A stretch of 64,000 bases of DNA from an uncultured bacterium (GCA_964392085.1 CAYMOV010000004.1:16808-80807); one strand, 5' to 3'; counted from the first letter of the stretch, positions 44,736 to 53,175 are shown. Notes: generated from the letters alone by a model not told the origin. A program made the numbers and translations.

Positions 44736-45257
44736 TTAAACCTCGCTCTTACGGGACAACCGGACTTTCAGGTCCACGGCCTGGGAGTGGGTGCAACCAT
44801 CGGTGGATCCGCAAAGCTCGTTTTGATAGAGGTGTGGGGCCAAGGATTCGGCCAATTTGGGACCGAGTTTTTCCCAACCGGACCCCAGCTGGGGAACATG
44901 GCGCCTCATGGCCGTCGCCAGGGTCTCGGCGATCTCCGGCAAACCCCGGAGGTCGGCCAAGCTGTACCGCTCGACCGGCGCGTTCACCTTCGCCTTATCA
45001 AACCTGTCGGGAGCCGTGTTTTCCTCCGCCGGGGAGCAGCCCTCATCGCATTCGGCCTGGAGACCGCAAAGGTCGGAAGTCCGGACCATCCCCAAGAGAC
45101 CGTCCCTCAGGGCTTTTTTAAGGAGGATCAAACGAACGCCCAAGGGTTGGGGGGGATTCCAAGAATCGGGTGAAAACAGTTTTTCAATTTCCTGGGCCGC
45201 CTGCTTCAGCCAAAGGTCCAGTTTTAACTCTTCCGAAAACCGTAACTGGTAGATCAT
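44736..45257 (-). CDS. Hypothetical protein with two LCG-x4-C motifs
   Basis: ATG 45257 with GGAGG; stop abuts the response regulator start; no family recognised. Confidence 0.65.
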   Translation of the reverse strand: MIYQLRFSEELKLDLWLKQAAQEIEKLFSPDSWNPPQPLGVRLILLKKALRDGLLGMVRTSDLCGLQAECDEGCSPAEENTAPDRFDKAKVNAPVERYSLADLRGLPEIAETLATAMRRHVPQLGSGWEKLGPKLAESLAPHLYQNELCGSTDGCTHSQAVDLKVRLSRKSEV

Positions 45258-45391
45258 GGTTCCCTCCTGCTGGTTCAACATTCCACACTTGATCGATGGG
45301 ATTCCCCCGGGACAGGTTGCGGAAGCCTGAATCCAAGGACACCATCGATGGGGGTTCAGCCGACTTTCCCAAAGATCAAAAGCCCCAATTA

Positions 45392-45434
45392 AGGTTAGTC
45401 TGGAGGTGGAAGAAGGCCATATGACGCCAGTCAC
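45392..45434 (-). promoter_or_regulatory. Class II Crp/Fnr-type promoter for the hypothetical-RR-HK-crp2-cNMP operon
   Basis: Box ATGACGCCAGTCAC 45421-45434; -10 TAACCT (45397-45392) at 30.5 bp. Confidence 0.7.
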
Positions 45435-45498
45435 AAAGGGCGTCTTGACAGACAAATCCAAGCAATGGTCGAACCTTCAAATAACCGCATTTTTAAAT

Positions 45499-45532
45499 AA
45501 AAAAGGCCCGCGGCGACCGGAAGCCGCGGGCC
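45499..45532 (-). terminator. Intrinsic terminator closing the structured RNA
   Basis: Minus strand GGCCCGCGGC-loop-GCCGCGGGCC-TTTTTT. Confidence 0.8.
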
Positions 45533-45655
45533 CAAGGCTTATTGTGCGGGCCCTGAAAGAGGGCTAAGCCTCATAAAGATGTGTTCCGAAGGCCGGGATC
45601 TTGATCAAGACCCGACCCTAGGCGGCGAGCTGTAGCACATCCGACTGTTGAGCGG

Positions 45656-45736
45656 CTACGCCGACACACTCAACAGCTTGAAGAGCCGGTCCCGTGGATC
45701 GGTGAAATAGGCCCGCACTGAGTTCAAGAAGCCCAT
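45656..45736 (-). CDS. Possible 26-aa leader peptide MGFLNSVRAYFTDPRDRLFKLLSVSA
   Basis: Open from ATG to TAG; the ATG lies in hairpin GCCCAT-GGG-ATGGGC; weak RBS. Confidence 0.25.
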   Translation of the reverse strand: MGFLNSVRAYFTDPRDRLFKLLSVSA

Positions 45737-45795
45737 CCCATGGGCAAATCTGGCCTTGGAAGGTTGACTTAAAGTTGGCCGTTGATTCGTGAGTA

Positions 45796-45837
45796 ACTAT
45801 ATTCCTGAAGGCATTGCGAGTTTATGACCTGCGTCAC
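45796..45837 (-). promoter_or_regulatory. Class II Crp/Fnr-type promoter for the structured RNA
   Basis: Box ATGACCTGCGTCAC 45824-45837; -10 TATAGT (45801-45796) at 29.5 bp. Confidence 0.7.
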
Positions 45838-45943
45838 CCTTTAATCACGCAAATAACCCAGTAATTACGATCACTTCTAAGGCTGCTGGACTTTAAAGGG
45901 CTTTCCTTTCAAACCATACTCTCATTCCAAATGGCTTGAACTT

Positions 45944-45984
45944 ATGAGCGGGCTCATGGCTTACGATCAACAACTACTTAAAAT
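45944..45984 (+). promoter_or_regulatory. Class II Crp/Fnr-type promoter for the cydA-like operon
   Basis: Box ATGAGCGGGCTCAT 45944-45957; -10 TAAAAT 45979-45984 at 28.5 bp. Confidence 0.65.
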
Positions 45985-46002
45985 GCAGTCCGGAGGCTGC
46001 AC

Positions 46003-47319
46003 ATGAATTATCCGGTTTGGGAGATCCCCCAGTTGGGGGGAGGAATGTTGATCGGTATGGTGGCGATTTTTCACGTGTTCATTTCCCATTTCGCCGTGGG
46101 AGGTGGGTTGTTCCTGGTCCTGACCGAACGCAAAGCCTACCGCGAACGGAACGACGTCCTGTTGGCCTACGTCAAATCCCACTCGAAGTTCTTCGCCCTC
46201 CTCACCCTCGTCTTCGGGGCCCTTTCGGGTGTCGGCATCTGGTTCTCCATCGGCCTGGTGTCCCCCCCGGGCACCAGCGCCTTGATCCACCTGTTCGTCT
46301 GGGGATGGGCCGCCGAATGGGTGTTCTTCCTGGTCGAGATCACCGCCGCCCTCCTTTATTACACCACCTGGGACCGGTTGGACCGACGAACCCACGAGGC
46401 GATCGGCTGGATCTACGCCCTCTCGGCCTGGATGTCCCTGGTCATCATCAACGGTATCCTTTCCTTCATGTTGACCCCGGGGGGCTGGCTGGAGGACGGC
46501 TCCATCCTCTCGGCCTTCTTCAACCCGAGTTACCTCCCCTCCCTGATCATCCGCACCCTGGTCTGCCTCGCCCTGGCGGGGCTCTACGCCATGGGCACCG
46601 CCTCCTTGCTCAAACAACAGGACCTCCGGGAAAACCTCATCCGATATTCCGCCCGGTGGCTGATGCCGGCCTTCCTGTTGCTCCCCTTCGCCGGGGCTTG
46701 GTACGTCGCCTCCATCCCTCCATTGGCCCGGCAGATTTCCATGGGAGGGGCGGCCGCCGTCACCCTCTTCGCGGTGGGAAGCGTCGCCTTCTCGATCCTT
46801 TTGTTTGTTTTCGCCTACCTGCTCGCCTACCGGCACCCCCGGGGCTTCTCCCCGGCCTTGGCCGCTCTTTTCCTAGTCTTGGGGCTCATGACCACCGGGG
46901 TCACCGAATGGGTCCGGGAAGCCGTCCGCAAGCCCTACTTGATCTACGGCTATATGTATTCCAACGGCATGCGCGCGAAGGATCTCCAGGCCATGCCGAC
47001 CGGCGAGAGCCTTTTGGCGGCGTCCAAGTGGTCCCACCTGAAAACGGTGCCGTCGGGCCAGGAACCCGCAGCCGGGCATGAGGTCTTCCGCATCCAATGC
47101 GCGGCCTGCCATACGCTGCGGGGGTATAACGGCATCGCGCTCCTGGTGGACGGTTGGGACGAGGACCTGTTGGCGGACCAAATCCAGCACCTCGACATGC
47201 TCAAGGGATTCATGCCTCCCTTTAAGGGTTCCAACCCGGAGCGGTTGGCCCTCGCGAAATATCTTTTCAACCTCGAAAAGCGATCGCCCGTCTCGACCAC
47301 CCTGGAGGTGAAACCATGA
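46003..47319 (+). CDS. Cytochrome bd subunit I-like protein with C-terminal cytochrome c domain
   Basis: FHVFISHFAVGG, WAAEWVFFLVE, FFNPS, EWVREAVRKPY, CAACH...MPPF. Confidence 0.8.
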   Translation: MNYPVWEIPQLGGGMLIGMVAIFHVFISHFAVGGGLFLVLTERKAYRERNDVLLAYVKSHSKFFALLTLVFGALSGVGIWFSIGLVSPPGTSALIHLFVWGWAAEWVFFLVEITAALLYYTTWDRLDRRTHEAIGWIYALSAWMSLVIINGILSFMLTPGGWLEDGSILSAFFNPSYLPSLIIRTLVCLALAGLYAMGTASLLKQQDLRENLIRYSARWLMPAFLLLPFAGAWYVASIPPLARQISMGGAAAVTLFAVGSVAFSILLFVFAYLLAYRHPRGFSPALAALFLVLGLMTTGVTEWVREAVRKPYLIYGYMYSNGMRAKDLQAMPTGESLLAASKWSHLKTVPSGQEPAAGHEVFRIQCAACHTLRGYNGIALLVDGWDEDLLADQIQHLDMLKGFMPPFKGSNPERLALAKYLFNLEKRSPVSTTLEVKP

Positions 47320-48410
47320 CACCCCTTCCCATCCCGTCCGCCGACCCGTTGGGAATCCCAGGCCCGGTTTGGTTGATGCAGGCCCTTTCCTGCCTTACCC
47401 TCTTTCTCCATTTCTTGGCGGCCCATTTGGCCCTGGGAGGCACGCTCTTGGCCGTCCTGGCCCGGGGGCGGGGCGACGGCGCCGGGGACCGGCTTGCGGC
47501 TTGGCATTTCAGGATCCTGCCGGTGTTCATCGCCGCCGCCGTGACCCTGGCGATCCCGCCCCTGTTGTTCCTCCAGGTCCTGTACGGACCCTTCTTTTAC
47601 TCGGCCAGCGTTCTGACCGCGGCGCCCTGGTTCAGCCTGCTGTTCCTCATGGGGGCCGGTTACCTCCTGGCCTACCTGTTGAACTTCCAATGGGACTCCT
47701 GGAAGGCCCGCGCGGGTTGGGTGGGTGGCGCCATCGTCCTCCTTTTCTCCGGGGTGACCCTGATCCTGACCTCCCTCACGCTCCTGTCCCTGCACCCGGA
47801 TCGCTGGAGCGCCCTCTACGGGGATCCCCACCTGGGTTTGAAGTGGGACGGCGGGTTGCCCACCCTCTTGCCGCGATATCTGCATCTGTGGCTAGCCGCT
47901 CCGGCGGTCGCAGGGGCCTTCTTCGCGCTTGTGGGCCAGGGGTGGATCCGAAAGGGGCTCCGGGAAGGGGATTGGGTGGCTCAATACGGGGCCGCCTGGT
48001 TCCTCTCCGTCACCTTGGTCCAATTTGGGGTCGGGACCTGGTTCCTATTGTCCCATCCCAGGGACATCTGGATGGGGGTGATGGGAGGCGACTTGGCCGC
48101 CACAGGGGCCTTCATGACCGCGATGGGGGCGATCTTGGTTTCCATGGTTCTTTACGGGGTCGGGCTCTTCAAACTCCGGGCCTACGGCTGGACCTGGGCC
48201 GGTTGGATCGGCCTTCTGGTGACCCTGGTCTCCATGACCGCGGTTCGGCTGCACCTGAGGGACCTTGATCTGAAGCCTTACTTGGAGGGGATGTGGATCA
48301 CCCACGACCAATGGGGATTCATCACGATCTTCCTGGCGCTTTTGGTCGCCGGGTTCGGGACAGTGGGTTGGATGCTGGTGAAAGTCTTCGGGAAAAAGCC
48401 GACGGCCTAA
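47316..48410 (+). CDS. Second CydA-like/partner membrane subunit
   Basis: LFLHFLAAHLALGG, IPPLLFLQVLYG, PRYLHLW; ATGA overlap with the previous gene. Confidence 0.65.
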   Translation: MTPLPIPSADPLGIPGPVWLMQALSCLTLFLHFLAAHLALGGTLLAVLARGRGDGAGDRLAAWHFRILPVFIAAAVTLAIPPLLFLQVLYGPFFYSASVLTAAPWFSLLFLMGAGYLLAYLLNFQWDSWKARAGWVGGAIVLLFSGVTLILTSLTLLSLHPDRWSALYGDPHLGLKWDGGLPTLLPRYLHLWLAAPAVAGAFFALVGQGWIRKGLREGDWVAQYGAAWFLSVTLVQFGVGTWFLLSHPRDIWMGVMGGDLAATGAFMTAMGAILVSMVLYGVGLFKLRAYGWTWAGWIGLLVTLVSMTAVRLHLRDLDLKPYLEGMWITHDQWGFITIFLALLVAGFGTVGWMLVKVFGKKPTA

Positions 48411-48464
48411 CCACCCAATAGATCCAATCACGGAAAGAGAACGGCTCCAATAGCCCGTACGACT

Positions 48465-48668
48465 TCATTTTTTCTTGATTCGATCAGACCCGGCGGCCTT
48501 TCGGTGCCGTCGGGTTTTCTTTTGGGGAGGCGACCCCAGCGTTGGGCCGTCCGCCTCGGCAAAGACCACCCGACCCGCCAGGACGCAGCCCTTTTGCCCG
48601 GGCAGGCACTCTCGCCGCACCCGCTTGCATTGTTCGTCGATTTGGTAGGGACAAGACCAACCGGACAT
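48465..48668 (-). CDS. Small Cys-rich protein (C-x7-C-x6-C-x6-C)
   Basis: MSGWSCPYQIDEQCKRVRRECLPGQKGCVLAGRVVF; purine-rich RBS; directly follows the ywiC-like gene. Confidence 0.6.
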   Translation of the reverse strand: MSGWSCPYQIDEQCKRVRRECLPGQKGCVLAGRVVFAEADGPTLGSPPQKKTRRHRKAAGSDRIKKK

Positions 48669-48704
48669 CCGATTCCCCCATTCGACCGAATCAGTCCCAT
48701 CAGC

Positions 48705-49499
48705 TTATAAAAAAGCCTTCCAGGTAAACAAGGTCAGGATCATGTAAACCAGTGAATGGGCCATTTCCAGGAGCCCTAATTTCATGATCGGTAGCCCGGG
48801 TCTTCCTTGTGAGACGCCCCCCAGGGCCCTTAAAAAAGCCACGAGGGGCCCGAGGGCCAGCCAACCGCCCCCATGCGGACAAGCCAAAATCCCCAGGACA
48901 AATAAACCGTGGAGCGCAACGGTTCGGCGGCCATCGCGCCAACGCCGAGCCCCACCGATTGCCACGCCATTCCGGGAGGCCGCCAGCCAACCTTGGCGAA
49001 CCTTGACATAGGTCAGGGCCAACAACGATTGACCCGCGAAGAGGGCGTAAAGCCAAAGGGCCTTGTCGTTGGAGCCCTGGGGGCCGCAGAGATAGATCAC
49101 GGGGACCAGCAAGGGCAATCCGAGGAACCCCAATGCCTCGGCCCAAAAGAACCGGAGGGACTTCTTCCAAAGGTAAAATCCCGCCATGGCCGCGCCGAGG
49201 GGGATCACCCCCAAAAGCACCCAACGAATCGCGGTCGGGGGGGAGGCCGCCCAGAACCACCAGCCCGACAGGAGGAAGGCCACGCATTCCAACAGGAAAA
49301 TTCCCAGGGCTTGGGTCGCTTTGGCCGGGTCGGCGACCCGCCATTGCCGCCAAACGTTCAGGGGGGCGCGAAGGATGAACCCTAGGACGAAAAAGCAGGA
49401 AACCGATAGGGCGGCGCCGTTCCAGGACCCCAAGGTGAGCCATCCGGCCACCAGGGAAACCCATAGGACGTTCCAGGCGCCGTGTTCTTTGGGGAACAT
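48705..49499 (-). CDS. YwiC-like membrane protein
   Basis: N-terminal PKEHGAW motif, multiple TM helices, GGAGGT RBS. Confidence 0.75.
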   Translation of the reverse strand: MFPKEHGAWNVLWVSLVAGWLTLGSWNGAALSVSCFFVLGFILRAPLNVWRQWRVADPAKATQALGIFLLECVAFLLSGWWFWAASPPTAIRWVLLGVIPLGAAMAGFYLWKKSLRFFWAEALGFLGLPLLVPVIYLCGPQGSNDKALWLYALFAGQSLLALTYVKVRQGWLAASRNGVAIGGARRWRDGRRTVALHGLFVLGILACPHGGGWLALGPLVAFLRALGGVSQGRPGLPIMKLGLLEMAHSLVYMILTLFTWKAFL

Positions 49500-49517
49500 G
49501 TCCTCACCTCCGGACTG

Positions 49518-49559
49518 ATCTTAGCCGAGGGCCCCGGGGAAGGCCGTGATTTAGGTCTC
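49518..49559 (-). promoter_or_regulatory. Class II Crp/Fnr-type promoter for the ywiC-like operon
   Basis: Box GTGATTTAGGTCTC (1 mismatch) 49546-49559; -10 TAAGAT (49523-49518) at 29.5 bp. Confidence 0.6.
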
Positions 49560-49584
49560 GGAATAATGTTTGTCCTTGGAGTAC

Positions 49585-50667
49585 TCAGCAGATCCTAGGA
49601 AGCTGTTCGCCGGACAAAAGGTCGAGGTATCGCTCACTCCCCAAGGGGGTATGGAGGGTCACTCGGGGTGATTCACCCGGAATGGCGGTTTCCACTTTGC
49701 CGATGCGAACCGCCCCCGAGGAGACCGGAATGCACCGGAGAACCTTCAGGGCGCGGTCGGATTGATCTCCCGGCACGAAAATCGCGAACCGTCCCTCATT
49801 GGCCACGTACAACGGGTCCAGCCCCAGGATCTCGCAGGAGGACCGAACCGGTCCTGAGACGGGTACCAGGGATTCCTCGACGGAGAGCGGAAACCCGGAA
49901 TCCCTTGTGAACTCGTTAAGGGTCGCCGCGAGACCCCCCCGGGTGAGGTCCCGGAGGCCGTGCACCTCCACCCCCGATTCCAGGAGAGCCTTCACCGCGG
50001 GCCATAGACAGGCGCAATCGGAAACCACCTCGGTCTCGAACGCCAGCCCCTGTCGGACCGCCAGGATCGCCACCCCGTGGCGTCCCAGGTCCCCCGAGAC
50101 CAAGATCGCGTCGCCTGGGCGGATCGCTTGGGGACCGATGGGATGGGGGGCCAGGACCTCGCCGATCCCGGCCGTGGTCACGAACATTCCGTCGCCCTTG
50201 CCCTTATCCACGACCTTGGTGTCCCCCGTCACCAGGGCGACCCCGGCCTCGTCGGCGGTACGCCGCATGGAAGACACCACCCGTTCCAAGTCTTGGATCG
50301 GCAGGCCTTCTTCCAGGATAAAGGCGCAGGACAAGGCCATCGGTCGGGCCCCCGCCATGGCGAGGTCGTTGACCGTCCCGAACACCGACAAGGAGCCGAT
50401 GTCGCCCCCGGGAAAAAAGATCGGTTGGACCACGAAACTGTCGGTGGTGAAGGCCAGCCGGCCCGCGGCCTCAAGGATCGCCGAGTCGTGGCGGGACTCC
50501 ACTGATTGGGTTCCGAACCCCTTCCGGAAGACCCGGTCAATGAGGTCGTTCATGACCGTTCCGCCCCCTCCATGGGCCATGACGATCTTGTCCCCAGGCC
50601 CGAAAGGAACGGGGCAATTTAATTGTAAACTGTTCTTGGGCTCGTCTGGCATTTCTAGCGTCTCCAT
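49585..50667 (-). CDS. hypE: Hydrogenase maturation carbamoyl dehydratase
   Basis: MAHGGGG, FTTDSFVVQPIFFPGGDIG, RDLTRGG, C-terminal QLPRIC. Confidence 0.96.
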   Translation of the reverse strand: METLEMPDEPKNSLQLNCPVPFGPGDKIVMAHGGGGTVMNDLIDRVFRKGFGTQSVESRHDSAILEAAGRLAFTTDSFVVQPIFFPGGDIGSLSVFGTVNDLAMAGARPMALSCAFILEEGLPIQDLERVVSSMRRTADEAGVALVTGDTKVVDKGKGDGMFVTTAGIGEVLAPHPIGPQAIRPGDAILVSGDLGRHGVAILAVRQGLAFETEVVSDCACLWPAVKALLESGVEVHGLRDLTRGGLAATLNEFTRDSGFPLSVEESLVPVSGPVRSSCEILGLDPLYVANEGRFAIFVPGDQSDRALKVLRCIPVSSGAVRIGKVETAIPGESPRVTLHTPLGSERYLDLLSGEQLPRIC

Positions 50668-50748
50668 CCTCAGGTCGCCACCATCTAGTCGTGTCTTGAA
50701 TTTATAATTTAAGTATTAAGCCAACAACCCAAAACTGAATATCCAAAG

Positions 50749-51831
50749 CTATCTTCGATAACGGAAGTACGCCGAACAAGCCCCCTCGCTGGAGACCATA
50801 GGGGCCCCGAGGGGATGTTCGGGGGTGCAGGTTTTCCCGAAGGCTTCGCAGGCCTGGGGTCGGATCTTACCCGTGAGGACTTCCCCGCTCCGGCATTCAG
50901 GGGATTCCTCGGCCGAGATGCCCTGGAGAGAGAACTTGGTTTCGGCGTCGTAGGCCGCGTAGGGTTCCGACAAGCCCAGTCCGCTGGCGGAGATCTCGCC
51001 CAAACCGCGCCATTTACGGGTGATCACCCGGAAAACCTCCGAGATCAGGTTTTGCGCCCCGGGATTTCCCCCGTCACGGGCGGTCCGAAGGTAGGGGTTT
51101 TCCACCCCGTAAGAGCCCTTTTCAAGTTGCCGAACGCACAGGAGGATGCCCTGGAGGACGTCGAGGGGCTCGAACCCAGTGACCACGATGGGAACCTTGT
51201 ACTTTTTGGCCAGGGGAACGTATTCGGAGGTGCCCATGACCGTACAAACATGCCCCGCGGCCAGAAACCCTTGGACCTTGTTTCCGGGATCCGAAAGGAT
51301 GGCCTCCATCGCGGGGGGGACCAGCACGTGGGAGACGAGCAGGGAAAAGTTCTTCAGGCCCTCCCGGTGGGCCTGGTACACCGCCATGGCGTTCGCGGGG
51401 GCCGTGGTCTCGAAGCCGACGGCGAAGAATACCACTTCACGGGTTGGGTTGTCCCGGGCGATTTGGACGGCGTCCAAGGGCGAGTAGACGATCCGGACGT
51501 CGCCGCCAGCGGCTTTGACCTTCAACAGGTCCGTCTTGGAACCGGGAACCCGAAGCATGTCACCGAAGGAGGTGAAGAGGACCCCCGGCCGTTGGGCCAC
51601 CGCCATGGCGCGGTCCAACACCTCCACGGAGGTCACGCAAACCGGGCAACCCGGGCCATGCACCAGGGTCAAAGTCGGGGGCAATAGGTCTTCGAGCCCA
51701 TATTTGACGATGGAGTGGGTCTGTCCCCCGCAGATTTCCATGAGGGTCCAGGGGCGGGTCACCGTTCGAGCGATCTCCCGGAGCAGGCCCTTGGCCATCC
51801 CCGGGTCGCGGAATTCATCAAGGTACTTCAT
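50749..51831 (-). CDS. hypD: Hydrogenase maturation protein
   Basis: [39 protein letters not shown]. Confidence 0.96.
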   Translation of the reverse strand: MKYLDEFRDPGMAKGLLREIARTVTRPWTLMEICGGQTHSIVKYGLEDLLPPTLTLVHGPGCPVCVTSVEVLDRAMAVAQRPGVLFTSFGDMLRVPGSKTDLLKVKAAGGDVRIVYSPLDAVQIARDNPTREVVFFAVGFETTAPANAMAVYQAHREGLKNFSLLVSHVLVPPAMEAILSDPGNKVQGFLAAGHVCTVMGTSEYVPLAKKYKVPIVVTGFEPLDVLQGILLCVRQLEKGSYGVENPYLRTARDGGNPGAQNLISEVFRVITRKWRGLGEISASGLGLSEPYAAYDAETKFSLQGISAEESPECRSGEVLTGKIRPQACEAFGKTCTPEHPLGAPMVSSEGACSAYFRYRR

Positions 51832-51915
51832 GTCGGATCCCCCGCCCAGGAGGGACGGGGAAACGTCAGGCGGATATTCACGGGGTTCCCTCCCACCCTG
51901 AATCCTGCGATCACC

Positions 51916-51958
51916 AGACTACTCCCTTCCGCCGGACGAAAGCCATGATTTGCGTCAC
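51916..51958 (-). promoter_or_regulatory. Class II Crp/Fnr-type promoter for hypDE
   Basis: Box ATGATTTGCGTCAC 51945-51958; -10 TAGTCT (51921-51916) at 30.5 bp. Confidence 0.7.
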
Positions 51959-51980
51959 CGATTAGAAGGGCCGTAAAATC

Positions 51981-52005
51981 AAAAGCCCGGCCAAAAGGCC
52001 GGGCT
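51981..52005 (-). terminator. Terminator after the DHOD-like gene
   Basis: Minus strand AGCCCGGCC-TTTT-GGCCGGGCT-TTT. Confidence 0.75.
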
Positions 52006-52134
52006 CCGTAGGACCGATGGGCGAAAAACATCCCGATCCAGGGGACAGTGGATCGACGAACCGCGGGTTAACGCCCCTTTATCGATTACCCTATTTTCAA
52101 TTGCGCCATTGTTCTTGCCGCCCCTCCGGGGCGG

Positions 52135-53175
52135 CTAGACTTCCCAGAATTCGTCGGCGCGGGTGCCAAAGAAGCTCTTGTCGTCCCTAAAGCTCTTGAG
52201 CGTCCTCATGTATTGCGCCCGCTCGAACGCCGTGGGGTCCGAACACTTCTCCTGGCTCATGGAACCCTTCATCTGTTCGACGGACTTGTACTCGTGATCC
52301 GTCATCCACTTTGCCATGTCGTTTTCGACGGTCCGAATATGGTCCACGCCGTTCTTGAGGAGGGTGGAGCAAAGCATGGTGACGTCGGCGCCCGCCATGA
52401 TCATCTTGAGGGCGTCCTCCCCCTGGTGGATCCCGCTCGTGGCCGCCAGGGAGGACTTCACCTTGCCCCGGAGGATGGCCACCCAACGGAGTGGAACCCG
52501 AAGCGACATAGGGGTCGACAGGAGGGCCTGGGGCCGGACTTCCTGGTTCTCCAAGTCCATATCGGGTTGGTAGAAGCGGTTGAACAGCACCAACCCGTCC
52601 GCGCCGGCGTCCGAAAGTCGCTTCGCCACATTGGCCATGTTGCTGTAGAAGGGCGACAACTTGATCGCCAAGGGGATTTTCACCGTGGATCGGACCGACT
52701 TGAACAGGTCCAGGGTGTTGGACTCCACCGTGGCGCCCGTCAACTCCACGTCCGTGGGGATGGTGTAGACGTTGAGTTCCAGCGCGTCGGCGCCCGCGTC
52801 CTGGATCTTCTTCGCGAAGGAGGTCCAGCCGCCCCGGGTGGCGCCGTTGAGGCTGGCGATCACCGGGATCTTCACGGCCTTCTTAACGGCCGCCACATGC
52901 TTCAAATAACGCTCCGGACCCACCCCGTAGCTCTCCAGTTCCGGGAAGTAGGACAGGGCCTCCGGGAAGCTGTCGGCCCCCTGGTCCAGCGACTTGTTCA
53001 GCTCGTACTCCTCCATCAGGAGTTGTTCCTCGAACAGCGAGTAAAGCACCACGGCGGACGCGCCGGACTGCTCCATCCGCTTGACGTTCTCCACGTCCAT
53101 CGAAAGGATGGAGGCCGAGGGCACCAACGGCGTCCTCAGTTTCATCCCCATGTATTTCGTGCTTAGGTCCGGCAT
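52135..53175 (-). CDS. Dihydroorotate-dehydrogenase-like flavoprotein (PFOR-associated type)
   Basis: PVIASLNG, ALELNVY (no catalytic Cys/Ser), IKLSPF, VLFNRFYQPD, LRWVAIL, AATSGIH. Confidence 0.85.
   Translation of the reverse strand: MPDLSTKYMGMKLRTPLVPSASILSMDVENVKRMEQSGASAVVLYSLFEEQLLMEEYELNKSLDQGADSFPEALSYFPELESYGVGPERYLKHVAAVKKAVKIPVIASLNGATRGGWTSFAKKIQDAGADALELNVYTIPTDVELTGATVESNTLDLFKSVRSTVKIPLAIKLSPFYSNMANVAKRLSDAGADGLVLFNRFYQPDMDLENQEVRPQALLSTPMSLRVPLRWVAILRGKVKSSLAATSGIHQGEDALKMIMAGADVTMLCSTLLKNGVDHIRTVENDMAKWMTDHEYKSVEQMKGSMSQEKCSDPTAFERAQYMRTLKSFRDDKSFFGTRADEFWEV

Larger units (their letters stand above)
45499..45789 (-). ncRNA. Candidate structured sRNA or attenuator leader (about 290 nt)
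   Basis: Own promoter and terminator, 9-bp closing stem (45544-45552 / 45710-45718) and several internal hairpins. No Rfam family recognised. Confidence 0.5.

Noticed and set aside
45602-45658. UAG of the 26-aa ORF lies in a hairpin loop (possible Pyl/readthrough)
   Set aside because: Readthrough adds only a short unremarkable peptide before TGA, and there are no pyl genes in the window.
45544-45718. Retron msr-msd or group II intron remnant (inverted-repeat ends, GTGCG start)
   Set aside because: No reverse transcriptase nearby and no domain V-like sequence recognised.
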